Numbered from the stretch's first letter, positions 49,541 to 63,259 are shown. The stretch is 64,000 bases of DNA from Felis catus (GCF_018350175.1 NC_058369.1:25050001-25114000); one strand, 5' to 3'. Notes: a model not told the origin generated them from the sequence alone. Numbers and translations: made by a program.

Positions 49541-51839
49541 TGCTGGGAGACATGCTAGTGGCTTAGGCTGAAAAAATTCGTATTTTCTATGCTTCTATGG
49601 TCATGGAGTCAAGGAGTGACTTCACTTTAAGAGCAAAGAAGTAAACTCAAGCACTAGGTATCTTTAAGGTTCCTGTTTCAAGTTATCTCATTGGTGGTTA
49701 ACAGGATGACTGTTCCTCAAGGAAAACGTTGTTAAATGCTGTTAACTGAGGAAAACCCAGAAGATCTTCCATTGGCTGAAGTTTCTGGAATAGCCCTGGA
49801 TCCTCTAAGGTTCAAAGGACCTGAGGCATCAAAGGACAACATAGCTGGGGATCTTGCCTTTGCCAATGTTCTCATTCACTGATGCTTGTCTCCCATTCAG
49901 CAGGGTGGCCAGCCCACTGCCGGTATGGTATGTTCTAGAAGCTGAGTAACCTGTTAACCCAGTCTATCAGTTGTGGCTGAGGGTCTCTTAGGGACTCGAG
50001 CACTTCGTCATTAGTTACAGACTGCAACTTCCTAACCAGACAGGCACCTTAATAAAATCATTCAACTAATCCGATGCATTTTTAAAAAAACTGGCTGAAG
50101 CAAGCTGTCCAGTCCCGTTACGCAAACAGTACACAATGAATTGCTGATAGCATCTCCTTACCATTGCCAACATAAACTCTGCCAGGCCAGCAGAAATAAG
50201 CCCAGTGACTGTAAGCAACAATAGTTGCATGAGTTTGTTTAAATAAACATAACTAACAGGTAAAAATGTTTTTATCTCCTCCCATTGCCAAGCCAGAGAT
50301 TTTGAGACTGAATTCTTGTAGAAATAAAACCAGTGTTAAGTGTAAGAAACAGAAGGCAGCTAAGGAGAGAACACCCAGAAAGCCAACTTTGTGTTTCTTC
50401 CAGAAACACACATGGAGATACCAATTTTTGGAATAAGTAACTAGAACAAATAAAACCAAATTAATTCGCTTACTTGCATTGTCTATTTACTATTTCACAG
50501 TAAGGATTTTGTTTCTTTCCTGTTCGTGTCCACTTGTCCATTTTTATGCACTTTTTTGACATTTGCCCTTTGAGTTGGCTAGTGGAAATATTTCTTAATA
50601 TATTAAAGAAGTTTGATACCACTAAATAACATAAAACAACACACAAGAGATGTAATAGGCAATATTAGTCTTTAAGCCAAAACTCTAAAATAGAAAAAAA
50701 AATGCAAGTGGACAAGGAAGGGAAATGAGCATTTATTAGAGGGATGATATTCAAGTAGGAGGCACGATCGATGAGGGAGTTTGGGGTACCACGTCAGAAT
50801 GACTCATGAAGCAAGATGGGGAAGTCACTTCCTAAGCAATGGATATCAGAACAAAAGGAAAAGCGAATCGAGGACAAGTATTTTAGTGGCACATACGCAG
50901 AGCCTCTTAGTCACTCTGGATAATGAGATGGGTATATTTTAAAAAGAAGGAAAAAAGATATGACATCAAGACCGTAAGAATAGGCAGCAGGTTTTATTAC
51001 ATTTCAAGAACAGTCAATCTTGCCTATTTGTACCAATAATGCAGACTTGAAAGCACTATTCTGGTCTAAAACTCAAGCTTTTTCTTTCCTTGAGAAGTTT
51101 TAGAATTTGGCGACAAACATACATGCCTGGCAAAGGTATGGCCCAAGAAAAACATGTTTGATTTAATTACTCGTAAAACAAATAATTTAACTCTTGTAAG
51201 ACAACAAAAATACTTTGCAGGGGGAAGGGTATTTTTAAAAAGCCAGTATCTTTTTGACCCCCAAATTACTAAGCCGACCTTGCAATCTGTAGTCCTCTGA
51301 GTTTCAATAATAAACTAAACCAAAGAGAAAGAATACACAGGTTGCCATATTAAACATCTTTCTCTAATTTTCCCAAAGTGATATTCCAAAGTAGTGTCCC
51401 AAGCTATCATCCAGAACCCATCAACATAATAGACCCCAACTTAGTAAGAAGCAATTGAGTTACCTATTAATTCTTTGGAATATTAACTCTTTGGGGGATG
51501 ATTTCTTTCTTGGCTGAGTACATAGTATTCATTCTTATTAAGATGCTTTCCTCCCCTCTCAAACATCCAAGTAAGATTTATGGATTCGTTGTTATTAGAA
51601 AAGGAAGACAAAATTCCTCCAAGTTCACCTTCGCCCAGTTCTCACATTTGAAACTCCTCCATAAACAGATGCCTTATTTTAAAATTCCATCTTAAATAGC
51701 CACAGGATTTAGGCAAATTCATTGAATTTCTGACTTCGATTTATTCCTGTGGCCTACTGGGATGATTTTTCTTCTTAAACCTTTAAACCTAAAACTCCAC
51801 TCCAAAATTACAGTTCACATATCTGTCTCCTCACCTCAA

Positions 51840-52395
51840 TTTTTCTTCTGGATTATGAAAATTACATATGTACACACCCTGTAGAAACTTGGAAAAAACA
51901 AAACAAAGAAAAAAATGTCCCTTCAAACTCACTTACTGGGAGGAAATCATTATTAATATTTTGGCATGTTTAATTTTTTTATAGCAGAATCATTACTCTA
52001 TATACAATTTTATTTCCTGCTTTTAAAAACATGCTAAACATTTTCATTGAATAACACTCTTCCTCAACAACCCCTTATGGCTGTATAATACATGCTCATA
52101 AGGATAAGACACAACTCACCAACTGCCCACATTATCAGACATTTAGACTTTTCCCACTTCTTTCTATCATTATAATGATTGCTGCACTAAACACTTCTGT
52201 GCATAAATCTTAATCCACATGTCTGGTGACTTCTGCAGGATAGATTCCCAGGAGTGGAATTATTGGGGCCAATGGCCATAAATACGTTTATGGTTCTTGA
52301 CACAAACAGCTTTCCAGAAAGATGATCAAATAATAATGCCGCTAAACACCTGCGAGAGAATCCATCCTGAAATACCCTCATTAGCATTTCAAATT
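51840..52395 (-). mobile_element. Old L1ME-like fragment
   Basis: gatagattcccaggagtggaattattgggg is a reverse L1M motif. Confidence 0.55.
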
Positions 52396-52409
52396 GCCAC
52401 TTGTTGAAA

Positions 52410-52560
52410 GGTGGGGGGGGGGGGGGGGAGTGGATCTGAAGCAGGCTCCATGCCCAGCACAGAGCCTGATGCGGGGCTTGATCTCATGAAACCTGGGATC
52501 ATGACCTGAGCCAAAATAAAGCATCCGATGCTCAACCGCTGAGCCACCCAGGCACTCCCC
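52410..52560 (-). mobile_element. Short Can-SINE with a G run
   Basis: TSD aaattgccactt / aaattaccactt. Confidence 0.85.
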
Positions 52561-52972
52561 AAATTACCACTTTTTAAAAGGCTGATTAAATCCGTAGGTG
52601 AAAAACAACACCTTGAAAAATTTCCAATCTTTAGACTGACCTGCTGAGGTCAATGATTTCAAATGTTTCCTCAATATCAAAATAATCTTTTATCCTTCAA
52701 AACATAATGATAATTTTTCCCAGTTATAAAAATGCAATCAAAACCACAAACATGAGAAGAATGTCAACATTTGTTAGATATTTTCATTGGGCAACTAAGG
52801 TGCCATGGTTAAGAAGCCAAGAACAGCCAGTTCGATGTACCAGCCTGTGACAATACAGAGAGACACCCCTCACAGAGAGATGCTAGCAAAATAAATTAAG
52901 AACTAAACCCACTGCCAAACTTCACAAGACACATAAGATCTGAATTACTGTAGAATAATTACTATAATTACT

Positions 52973-53033
52973 ATGTATTCCTTCTCACAGGTATTGTATT
53001 GACTTTAGTCAATACCTGTCAGAAGGAATACAT
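52973..53033. repeat. Near-perfect inverted repeat (~27-bp arms, 2-nt centre)
   Basis: atgtattccttctcacaggtattg(tattg)act-tt-agtcaatacctgtcagaaggaatacat. Confidence 0.93.
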
Positions 53034-54025
53034 TAGAATGTTCAAGAATATATGAAGACTACATTTGAAATTCATTCAATAGTTTTCTTATGTAAGAAAT
53101 TTTCTTTCCTCCTGTAAATCAGTACCTATTCCCATATACATCAAGTATATTGGGGGTTTTTTGTTTGTTTGTTTAATGGCACATACATGCAAAAAACAAA
53201 TGTTCCAGACTCTGTCTACCACAAGCCAGGGCCTGAAATGATCACTCTATAACATGGAAAAATCGTAGATGAATGGAAAGTTTTTCTACTATCCTGGAAA
53301 TGTTTTGGTGTTATCTTCCTCACATTCTCTTTCCAGGGAATCTGCCCCACTGTCCCCAGCATTGCCCACAGTTCCTGCTCAGTGAACATAAAAGTCGTAG
53401 TAGCAGAGGAGAAAAAAGTGTTTATTGAGCACTTACTATCTCATAGACCCGGTGCTAAATGCTTGATATGAATTATTTCACTCAATCCTCATCAGAACCC
53501 AATGAGCTAGACACATTTTCAGGTGAGGACTCTGAATCTCAGTGAAGTTAGTCACTTACCCACACTGGTGAATGGCAGATCCATTTGATCCTGACCCCCT
53601 GGCCACACATGACTGGACCAAGGGAGAGGGAAGTCCTTCTAAGAGCTGGCCAGCAGCCTGCCCATCACCTGTGAGGTCCAGTCCAAGAAAGACAACCTGA
53701 TGTGATCAGAATTTTCTTAGGAAGTTGGGGACGGGGCACCTGAGAGTCCCCAGTGAGTTGTGGGAGAGAGATCATGTCAGGTTTGGTCAGACCACCCCAA
53801 AGTGCCACATGCATGGAGAAGACACTGGGAGCAGGACCTACACATCAGAAGGGGAAGGCAGAGAAAGGAAAAATGAAACCAACCACAGAGATAAATCCTG
53901 GGTTCCTGCAACTGTATATTCTCTAATTGAACAGCACTTCTCTGGAGGTAGTAGAACAAGCGTCTGTTTTGTTTGTTTTTTGTTTTTTTGTTTTTTTGCC
54001 AAAAGTTCTACCTAAAATATCCACC

Positions 54026-54205
54026 ATGGACAAACTAATGCTTCTCAGAGGGCAGGTGGGAGGGGGGAGGGGTAGGTGCAAGGGATTAAGAGTACATTTA
54101 TTGTGTTGAGCACTGAGTGATGTACAGAATGGTTGAATATTGTACACCTGAAACTAACATAACACTGGATGTTAACTATACTGGAATTAAAATTTTTTAA
54201 AAAAT
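54026..54205 (+). mobile_element. Carnivore L1 3' end fragment
   Basis: tgagcactgagtgatgtacagaatggttgaa...tgtacacctgaaactaacataacact; flanking atatccacca repeat. Confidence 0.8.
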
Positions 54206-54419
54206 ACAGAAAGGAGGATTGACATTAACTAATTAATTAATTAACAATATCCACCAAGGAATCTACAGTGGAATCACTCCCCAGAGACTAGGCCTCAGCA
54301 TCTATCCTGTCTGGCAAGTTAGCACCGTTTATAACAAACATCCCATCGTTGTGTTCCTCTTAACGTGTCAAGTAGCTGGCAACCCTTAGTATGTTTTCCT
54401 GCCCAAAACCAGGTCTTTA

Positions 54420-55285
54420 GACTTATCACTTTATAAATATAAAGGACAGAGGAATAAGTTAAATGACATCATAAGGAAGCAACCAGATAAATTCAAATGT
54501 GAGACACATTCCATAAGCAACTGGACTGGTCTTTTCAAAAGGTCAACATCATTTTAAAGAGGGGGAAGGTGATGAGGGGAGTATTTAAGAATAAAAAAGA
54601 CTAGGGGCGCCTGGGTGGCGCAGTCGGTTAAGCGTCTGACTTCAGCCAGGTCACAATCTCGCGGTCCGTGAGTTCGAGCCCCGCGTCAGGCTCTGGGCTG
54701 ATGGCTCAGAGCCTGGAGCCTGTTTCCGATTCTGTGTCTCCCTCTCTCTCTGCCCCTCCCCCGTTCATGCTCTGTCTCTCTCTGTCCCAAAAATAAATTA
54801 AAAAACGTTGAAAAAAAAATTAAAAAAAAAAAGAATAAAAAAGACTAAAAAACATAGTAAGAAAATAAAATCGTAGTCCTCAATTAGGTTTAAAAAAATC
54901 CAACCAGATGCCATGCATGACTTTTGAATGGTTTTGGGGGGGGGTACCAACTATATAAGACTATTGCAGAAATTTGAATGTGGAATGAATCTTAGGAAAT
55001 GTTAAAGAATTATTAATAACTTTCTTAGGTGTGATATTGATGTTATAGTAATAAAACCTCCTTATTCTTAGGACATATATATTGAAGTATTTAGAGGTGA
55101 AGGGTAATGGAATCTGCAATTGAATGGCTTAGTAAAATAAATCCAAACTGTACAAACATCTATAGACAGCTAGATAGATAGAGCAAAAAGTTAGTGATTG
55201 TTGATTTCAGATGGTGGGCCTTCATTGCAGGTATATCTCAACTTCCCATATGTTTGAAATTTTTCATAACAAAAAGTTGAAAAAA
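54420..55285 (+). mobile_element. Old L1M 3' fragment split by a SINE
   Basis: gaagtatttagaggtgaag...tttgaaatttttcataacaaaaagtt. Confidence 0.65.
54604..54830 (+). mobile_element. Young felid Can-SINE
   Basis: TSD aagaataaaaaagacta. Confidence 0.95.
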
Positions 55286-57446
55286 TAACACACGGAGGAA
55301 AAATAATCATGGAAACCCCTTAAAAAGGTACCAGGTAAAGCCTGACATCCCTTCTCTCAATAAACACACTCAATTGTTCCTACTCCACTGCTAGAACGAA
55401 TGTTGTACATACATCTTCAGTTTAGCCCCTGGTAAGTGTTGCTTGTTTTCAGGGAGCATGCTACCCAAAAAGCCCACAACAAGGTCTGGAATCACCATCT
55501 CGTCACTGGGACTGACAAGGAGGACAGCAGGTTCACCATCCCATCTAATAATGAGCCATAAGTTCTCTCCCTAGCCCCTTTTCAATGAACAGGTTTGGTT
55601 GAACCGGTGTTAATGAAATGCATATCTGTAACCACGCCATCGCACCTTCCTCAAATCAGAGCTGTGATTTTAAATAAATCTTCATCTGTCCCTAAAAAAA
55701 AGTAATCAGCCACATTTCTCTTCTTTTTTTTTTTTCTAAATGAGATGTTAGGTCAAATCAGCCCTAAGGATACAAAAACACATCGTGTATTGGAAGCGTT
55801 CTGCACAGAACATTTCCTCCTTCCTGAATGTGCATTTAACCAGGTCAGGGCACTGGTGGTCCACGTTGCTACTGCAGCATCAAACCCAGCTGGTTTTACT
55901 GCCAGCACCTTGTGGAAGTCAGCAATAATAGTCATGCACAAAAAGGCAGGCCCGGGAGTTGTGTTCGTTGAGATTTCCAGAGCTGAATGGCAGAAGAGAG
56001 CCTAAGTAGGGGAACAAATGTGGGAGGCCTGAAAACCAAGTAAGAGAAGAATTTTCATCATTAGGCTTATGTAGGGCAGCACATCTAAAAATGGGCCTTA
56101 TGTAATCAAGTTGTAAGAAGCAATGCTTTTAGAAAATATTTATTTCAATTACTGAAGAGAAGTTTGTAAGACTTATCTTCAATAATAGAAATATTTCAGT
56201 TTGTCTTAAACACAAACAAGTGGTTAGTAGGTAGAACATGTGTATGGCAAACAGATAGGAAAGGGTGGAGGGAACAAAAGAACCTAACATTCATGAAGCA
56301 CATGGTTACTAAATGTTTGTTATGCGCTAAGTATGCATGAGACTGGTGAGGTACTAAATATACAGAGGCACTAAATACATATGAGCACTTAACATACATA
56401 ATAAGACTTTAATTTGGCTACCCCATTAGAGATACTCATTCTGGCTCCATGTGTTCTCTTCCCCCCAAAACTGGTATCTTTGGCCAGGTATACTTGTCCC
56501 TTCTTTTGAGAAAGAAGTCTGTCTCCTTGGCCCAGGGCACCTTCAGTCTGTGGGCCTCTTGCTTGAACTTCAACTCTGCATCATCATCATCATCAACCAC
56601 ATCATCAGTAGGGAAGGCCAATGCAGTAGAGAAAGAGAAAGGATATATTGGCATTGTGGACCCCTGGATTCAGGTGAGATCCTTCCATCCTGCCTACATC
56701 CTCTCTGCAGTGTGTTCACTTACTCCATCTTTTACCCTTTGCTTCTCATTGTGCGTTTCAATTGTTTTAATGGACAGTGTGATTTGAGCACTTGAAAGGC
56801 CGGGTGGGAGGGACATGTTGTTTAGAGTCACAATGAACTAAACCAAGTTCAATCCATTAAACAGGCCATTGACTCTGAAGAGGAAGAAGTCAACAGGAGA
56901 GAAGAAAAGTCAGTGACAAGACCTTTACCAACACCCATGCAAAAGGTTTTAATTCCCATCCCCAGTTTCTCATGTGGGCAGGAAACATAAAATAAAATCT
57001 AACAGGGAGGGGGAAAGGAAAACTGAGTGGGAGGGTTCAGCTTCAGGAAAGGGATTTTCCAAATAGGTGTATCCCCTTGGCTCTCAACATTACCATCACC
57101 TCCCACATCTGCAAATAGCATCAGGACATTTTGAAGGTGACAAGATCACTGCCCTGATACTATTTGTGTAATAAAGGTTAAATTTGATTATAATGAAAGA
57201 TAAAAAGCTCCATGAAAAGTCATAACTTTGACAAACTACAAAGAATATGGAGGCTGATATTTGGGCTATTTTCTATTTAAAGCCCAACACTAAGCTCCAA
57301 CACTTTCCAGTATTATAGAAACAGCCATAAGACATTTCAGAACACAATTTTCCAGAATCTGCTATTATTTCAATGAATCCAGAAAACTTACATTTTATGT
57401 CTTATGAGTAGTCTATTCTTGTTCCCAGATCAGACTGTCATGGTTG

Positions 57447-57497
57447 AAACAAAACAAAACAAAACAAAACGAAACAAAACAAAACAAAACAAAACAA
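57447..57497. repeat. (AAAAC)n pentanucleotide repeat
   Basis: Read directly. Confidence 0.92.
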
Positions 57498-57690
57498 GGG
57501 GCACCTGGGTGGTTCAGTCAATTGAGGGTGTGACTCTTGATTTTGGCTCAGGTCATGATCTCATTGTTCATGAAATTGGGCCCTGGGTCAGGCTCTGCAC
57601 TGGTCGTGTGGAGCCTGCTTGGGATTCCCTCTTTCCCTCTTTCTCTGCCTCTACCCTGCTCCCTCTCTCTCTCGAAATAAATAAATAAAG
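57498..57690 (+). mobile_element. Can-SINE
   Basis: Head/CT/tail structure. Confidence 0.87.
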
Positions 57691-57849
57691 AGTAAACAAA
57701 CAAACAAAAACCAAAATAACTAAAAGGACTGCTTCCTTCTACCCAATATTAAAGAAAAGGAGTTAGTTTTGTCCACCTGAGGGCCAGACCCTGGGAATCA
57801 GTATGACTATCCTCTACCATAGGAGGAGAGGGAGACTTTTGCAGACAAG

Positions 57850-58240
57850 AATGGTTAGTATCCGCCTAGTGCCTCCCACCTTCTTCCAGAAGCTGCCCCC
57901 TTCTTCCCTACATCACTATAGTTAGTATAGGAGCCAACACAGTGGTACAGCAGGACCCTACTCCATGGCCACTGCTGATTGGTCCAGGAGTATCCACCTG
58001 ACCCAAGCTGGGCCAATCAAAACCCCTCCCTAGCAATTTTGGTTCTGAGCCAAGAAGAGGCTGGTCTCTGCAGATGGTTGCATTTCCACAGCACAGAAAA
58101 ATGGAAGAAGTCAGTCTGCAGAGAAAATGCAGCAAAAACAGAGGAGTTGGAAACCCTCCCAGGCTCCTGGTGCCTGGTTCCAGTGGCTTCTAAGGCCTCG
58201 CTGTATTCCACAAGATACTCCCCAGACCTCTGTAATTAAA

Positions 58241-58276
<36 letters not shown>

Positions 58277-58340
58277 CTCTCCTTATTGAAGCTAATTTGA
58301 GTTGAGTTTCTGTTACCTGCATCTAAGATTTCTTAACCCA
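57850..58340 (+). mobile_element. MLT1K/L-like MaLR solo LTR containing (AAC)n
   Basis: tgattggtccagg...cctgacccaagctgggccaatca; gaagctaatttgagttgagtttctgttacctgca. Confidence 0.65.
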
Positions 58341-59296
58341 GAAAACCAAGTCAATCAAAATTATCTTTTACCCTACACCATGTTGGAACACAAAAAGGGA
58401 ATAACTGAACAGATAACTACATAAAATAAGCAAAGGCATCTATAAATTCTGCCTCCAAAGTTCAGAATTTGCGCTACTGTCAGAAAAGCCACTATGTCCC
58501 ACAGACCTCACATGTGAGCAAGAAAAGAAACTACTTGCGAATCTAAAACTGAGCTTCAGTCTGCCTGGCATATTGTTGTCAGCAGACTGAAGATGATGGG
58601 GACTTTTCCTCACAGGTGTCAGCAGCTGCTCTCGAGCTGGCTTCTCCACTGCCTGAAGGGAAATGAGGCAAGAGGGCCAAGCGGAAACCAGACACAGTCA
58701 GTTTTTCCTTTTGAGGGGGCACCGCACACAGAAAAGGCATTTCTTAAACACACATATTTAGGAAAGTCATTTCAGGTGTAAGAGAACTCTAATTACAAGG
58801 AGCCAATATTTTCTGCACACTTAACTACACGGAGGCATTATTATTCAGATCACTTTACACCCATTATAACCAAGTCTCAAGGTTTGAGAAGACGGCATTA
58901 TTGTCCCCATTCTGCCGATAAGGACCTGACACTGTGAAATGTGTCTTGTCTGAAGTTTCCGATCGGCATTGCACCCTCAAAGCATGTGCCTTTTCACCAT
59001 TTATGCTTTTGTTATGACTGCCAAGGACTGTCCACCAAACTCAAGAGTTTGGCTGTCCAGAGGCCAGAGGTGGTGGGCAGTAAAACTTCTCACCCTGAGA
59101 GGCAGCCTCTAGACTGACTATTGGGGGTGGGGAGGTAAGGACGGTGAGGCAGGGTGTAGGCAAATGTCTTGCAGCCCAGCTCAGCAGGTGCCTGCCTCTT
59201 CTGTGTGCCCAGATTTGATCAGCCCCTAGATGTTTTGCCACAACACATGTTCAGTGATGCACTCTGATGTTTTCTAAGCCCCAGAAGCTTTTGTAT

Positions 59297-59488
59297 ATTT
59301 TTTTTAAGTTTACTTGTTTGAGACAGAGAGCACAAGCAGGGGAAGGGCAGAGAAAAAGGGAGCCCAAGCAGACTCCATGCTTTCAGCACAGGGCCCAATG
59401 TGGGGCTTGAACCCACGAACTGGATAATCACAACCTGAGCTGAAATCAAGAGGCAGATGCTTAACTGACTGAGCCACCCAGGCGCCCC
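59297..59488 (-). mobile_element. Can-SINE
   Basis: TSD-like agccccag. Confidence 0.88.
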
Positions 59489-59844
59489 AGCCCCAGGAGG
59501 TTTTAAAATAAGCCTCCTCTTGCTTACGGAAGGTTTCGTTGTGGAGGGTGTTTGATTTTAACTGATATAAGTGTTAGTGTTTTTGCTAATTATAAAAGCA
59601 ATATGTGTTCTCTCTCTCTCCCGGAAATTCAGACATTACCAAAAACATGTAACTACCACAGGAACAGGTTGTCAGTCAATGGTGATATTCCTTCAGACAT
59701 TTTTCTGTGTATATAAGAATATATTCTCTTCCTATAAAGGGGGTTTCATTCTTGTTATTTTTGTTTGCTTTAATCCCGGTTTAATCCTAAACATGGAGTT
59801 TTACATTATATACTTCTGCACCATCTGTACTTTGAACAATTAAG

Positions 59845-60062
59845 TGGCTGAGAGCACAGGCTGTCCAGGTTCCAAAGCAGAATCTACCACTTTATTGCTA
59901 TGAGACCTTGGAGTTGTGTAATTAAAATCCTGGGTCTCAGTTTGCCCATCAGGAAAATGGGCATAATAATAGTCCATCTGTCAGATGGAGTTGTTGGGGG
60001 TGTGATGACATGCAAAGGACTAAGAACAGTAGCTAACATATTATAAGAGCTAAATAAATGTG
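59845..60062 (+). mobile_element. MIR SINE
   Basis: tctcagtttgcccatcaggaaaatgggcataataatagt core. Confidence 0.72.
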
Positions 60063-60401
60063 ACACATTATGTCAGTGTCTTTTTTTTATTTCTTTTGTC
60101 ATTTAAAAATATGTTTAAAGTATGAGTTAGAATGAACAACTTGACTTTGTTTACTTGTAATATGTGTTTTCTCTTCTGTGCTATTTACTCATATCCTTCA
60201 ACTATTTTCCTGTTGAGTTTTCAAACTTGTGTTATTGCTTTGCAAGAGTCCTTTGTATATGAGGGAAGTTAGTAACTTAGTACTGAAGAGAAGTTCCCAA
60301 AAGGTACTGGCAAAGAACATGGGCTTTGGAATGAGGTGAGCTGAGGTTAGAATCCCACCTCCACCACTTAGCTGTCATGTGACCCTGAACAACCTGCTCC
60401 A

Positions 60402-60423
60402 CTTTTTAAGTTTATTTATTTAT

Positions 60424-60459
<36 letters not shown>

Positions 60460-60638
60460 GGCACCAGAAGGCCAGCAGGGGAGGGGCAGAGAGAGGAGGG
60501 AGAGACAGAGAATCCCAAGCATGCTCCACACTGTCCACGTGAAGTCCGATGCGGGGCTTGAACTCACAAACCATGAGATCATGACCTGAACCGAAATCAA
60601 GAGTTGGAGGTTTAACTGACTAAGCCACCAGGCACCCC
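60402..60638 (-). mobile_element. Can-SINE inserted in a MIR (MIR pieces at ~60310-60400 and ~61300-61410)
   Basis: TSD tccactttt. Confidence 0.88.
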
Positions 60639-60659
60639 TCCACTTTTAAACCTCTCTTC

Positions 60660-61282
60660 AGTGGGCAGAATTATAGCAAGGCTCCTCAAGCCCCCAGACC
60701 CTACTGGGCACACCTTGTATAATCAATCCCCTCCCCTGAGTGCAGTCAGAATCTGAGAATGTGATGAAGTATCACCCCATGGCTACATTACTAATTATTG
60801 ACTTTTAGATCATGTAAAGGAAGATGATCTGGGTGGCGATCTAATCTGGTGAGCCCTTAAAAGGAACTGGGTTCTTCCTCAAGTCAGAGAGATGTGAAGC
60901 ATAAGAGGCATTTGTTGTGAGGGAGATTCTCTCGTGCTGGCTTCAGAGATGGAAGACAACACACGGAAGGACCGAGAAGGGGCTCTAGGAGTTAAGAGCC
61001 ACTCCGAGCTGACAACCTGCAAAGAACCGGGGACGTCCATCCTACAACCACAAGGAACTGAATTCCCCCAATAAGCTGAATAAGCTTGCAAGAGGCCTCT
61101 GTGTCTCAGATGGGACCCCACTCTGGCCGATACCTTGATTCCAGTCTGGTAAGACCCTAAGCAGAGAACCCAGCACATCACTCCCAGACTTCTGACCTGT
61201 GGAGCTGTGACCTAGTGAAGGGTTGTGGTTACAAGCTGTTAAATTTGCAGTAATTTGTTATGCAGTGATAGAAAACTGTTTA
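60660..61282 (+). mobile_element. MLT1E-like MaLR solo LTR
   Basis: gtgggcagaatt start; cctacaaccacaaggaactgaattc; gtaatttgttatgcagtgatagaaaact end. Confidence 0.8.
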
Positions 61283-61538
61283 CTCTAGCGTATGTTTACT
61301 CTACTTCCTCATCTGTAAAATGAGGGTGAGGCTCAAACAACATCTATCTTGGGATTTTTCTGGGAAGTAATATCAGCATAAAGCACTCAACACAGTGCCT
61401 GGTATAACCTAAGTTAATGCTACGGGCTAATTCCCTAGGATTAAGGGAACTGTTACAATTGTACTCATCATTACAAAGGCAAAGTATATTTTTCATAAAT
61501 ATAGCAGCGAAGGTTAAACCTTTAAAAAATAAAGTCCA

Positions 61539-61710
61539 GGGTGCCTGGGTGGCTTAGTTGGTTAAGGGTCCAGCTCTTAATTTCGAGCTCAGGTTTTAAT
61601 CTCACAGTTTGTGAGTTCAAGTCCCAAGTCGTGCTCTATACTGGCAGCATGAGCCCGCTTGAGATTCTCTCCCTCTCTCTTCAAAATAAATGAATAAACT
61701 TCAAAAACTT
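61539..61710 (+). mobile_element. Can-SINE
   Basis: Diverged head and tail. Confidence 0.85.
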
Positions 61711-61874
61711 AAGCCCAAAGGAGGAGAAGGGAACTTAAAGGGATTCTGGGCAGTAAAAGGTTTATCGTAGAATACTCAACTTGTTTCTAGCATTTGAAAA
61801 AAAAAAAATCTTCATGTCTAATTTCCTTTGAAGATAAAGTATGTGTCATCAGCCTTGTTTTAAAGAGGCAATAT

Positions 61875-62055
61875 GCTCTAATGGCTTGGGGACAGACAGT
61901 GTTGGGTTCAAATCCTGGCTCTGTCACTTACCACAGCTGAGATTTTAGGCAAGCTAGCACATGGTGAGGCTCAGTTTCCTCAACCTTGAAATGGGAATAA
62001 ATACATCTACCATGCAGGGCTGCCATAGCCTGGCCTGGAGCTGATGGTCAATAAA
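61875..62055 (+). mobile_element. MIR SINE
   Basis: gggttcaaatcctggctctgtcactta...ctcagtttcctca. Confidence 0.75.
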
Positions 62056-62390
62056 TGGAAGTAAATGTACAAACTGAGGCTGCAGGAAAAGAGAAAGCTG
62101 TGCTGCCTTCTTCTGCAGGGTAGACACAGTAAGGTCACATTAAACACTGGCCTGGCCAGATATGTTTTGACTATCCCTCTACTGAGTTGTGAATTTTGGA
62201 ACATTTCAGCCTGGCTTTCAAGAAACATTCAACTACACTGAGTTTTGTGCACTTCCTTCCAAGCACAGGACCTGGGATGTGTCAAGGCAGCACAGAGCAG
62301 GCATAGGACCCTCTGCCTGGAAATACGGTTCTAATTCTGATCCCTCTACTTCGAGTGACCCTAGGAGCGGTCCCCATTATTTCCTGTCTG

Positions 62391-62911
62391 TGTAGAAACC
62401 AGACCCCCTTTTTGTAACAGTAGCAAACTTGGCCTTGGAGAAAATGACCCTTCTCTACCTCAAGTGGCTTCTCTACCCCTAGGTGGCCAGTAACAAAACC
62501 CTGGCCACCTAGCTCCCTCAGGAGGAACAGGTGACCAAGGCCTGTCTGATCTTCTCGACTACCGTGACTGGCCAAGGTATAACTATTTGCCAAGACAGGG
62601 CAATCAGAGTCCTACGCTGGGATTTCATACATAGACCCTGGAATCAAAAGCATCTTTCTTTTCTCTGGAAAGGAGTGGTTGTTTGTGGTCATCCTCTCTT
62701 CCCAAAGCAGTTCACATGGAGTATGTAAGATAAGATCCATACCCCAGGAATAACAAAGCTGGGAGAGAGCACCCCTGGATACCGCTGGATACCCTGAAGC
62801 CCACCCATTCAGTTTCCCTCAGTCACATGAGGCAAACAATCTCCCTTTCCACTTGAGCCAGTTTTAATGGAGCTTCTATCACTTTTAACCAAAAGAGTCC
62901 CCACTAATACA
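62391..62911 (+). mobile_element. MLT1J/K/L-like MaLR solo LTR
   Basis: gagccagttttaatggagcttctatcacttttaaccaaaagagtcc...actaataca 3' end. Confidence 0.62.
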
Positions 62912-63209
62912 CAAGGCCTTGTTTTCCACAACTGAAAATTAAAAGGTCGGCTACAATGTCCAAAGTTTCTTCCAAAGCCTCAAAGTCTAGAAATTTCTTC
63001 CCAAATAGCCTAGGCAGGAGTAAAGAACAGGCACTTAGAGAAAGAGACAAGATAAGCACAGCCATGGAATCTGGCTGATATTTAATTGAAATCTCAGTTG
63101 TGACACCTAAACAATGCCTTGTATGTAGCAGTAAGTCTTGCTAAGTATTTCCAAGGGCAGGAGTTGTGCTCTTGATATTTTCACACTCCTAGGGAGAGTT
63201 TCCTTCCTG

Positions 63210-63211
<2 letters not shown>

Positions 63212-63259
<48 letters not shown>

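Noticed and set aside
56436..56654. Acidic ORF (DDVVDDDDDAELKFKQE) suggesting a retrocopy
   Set aside because: The acidic run comes from a short (CAT)n repeat. There is no poly(A)/TSD or identifiable parent gene.
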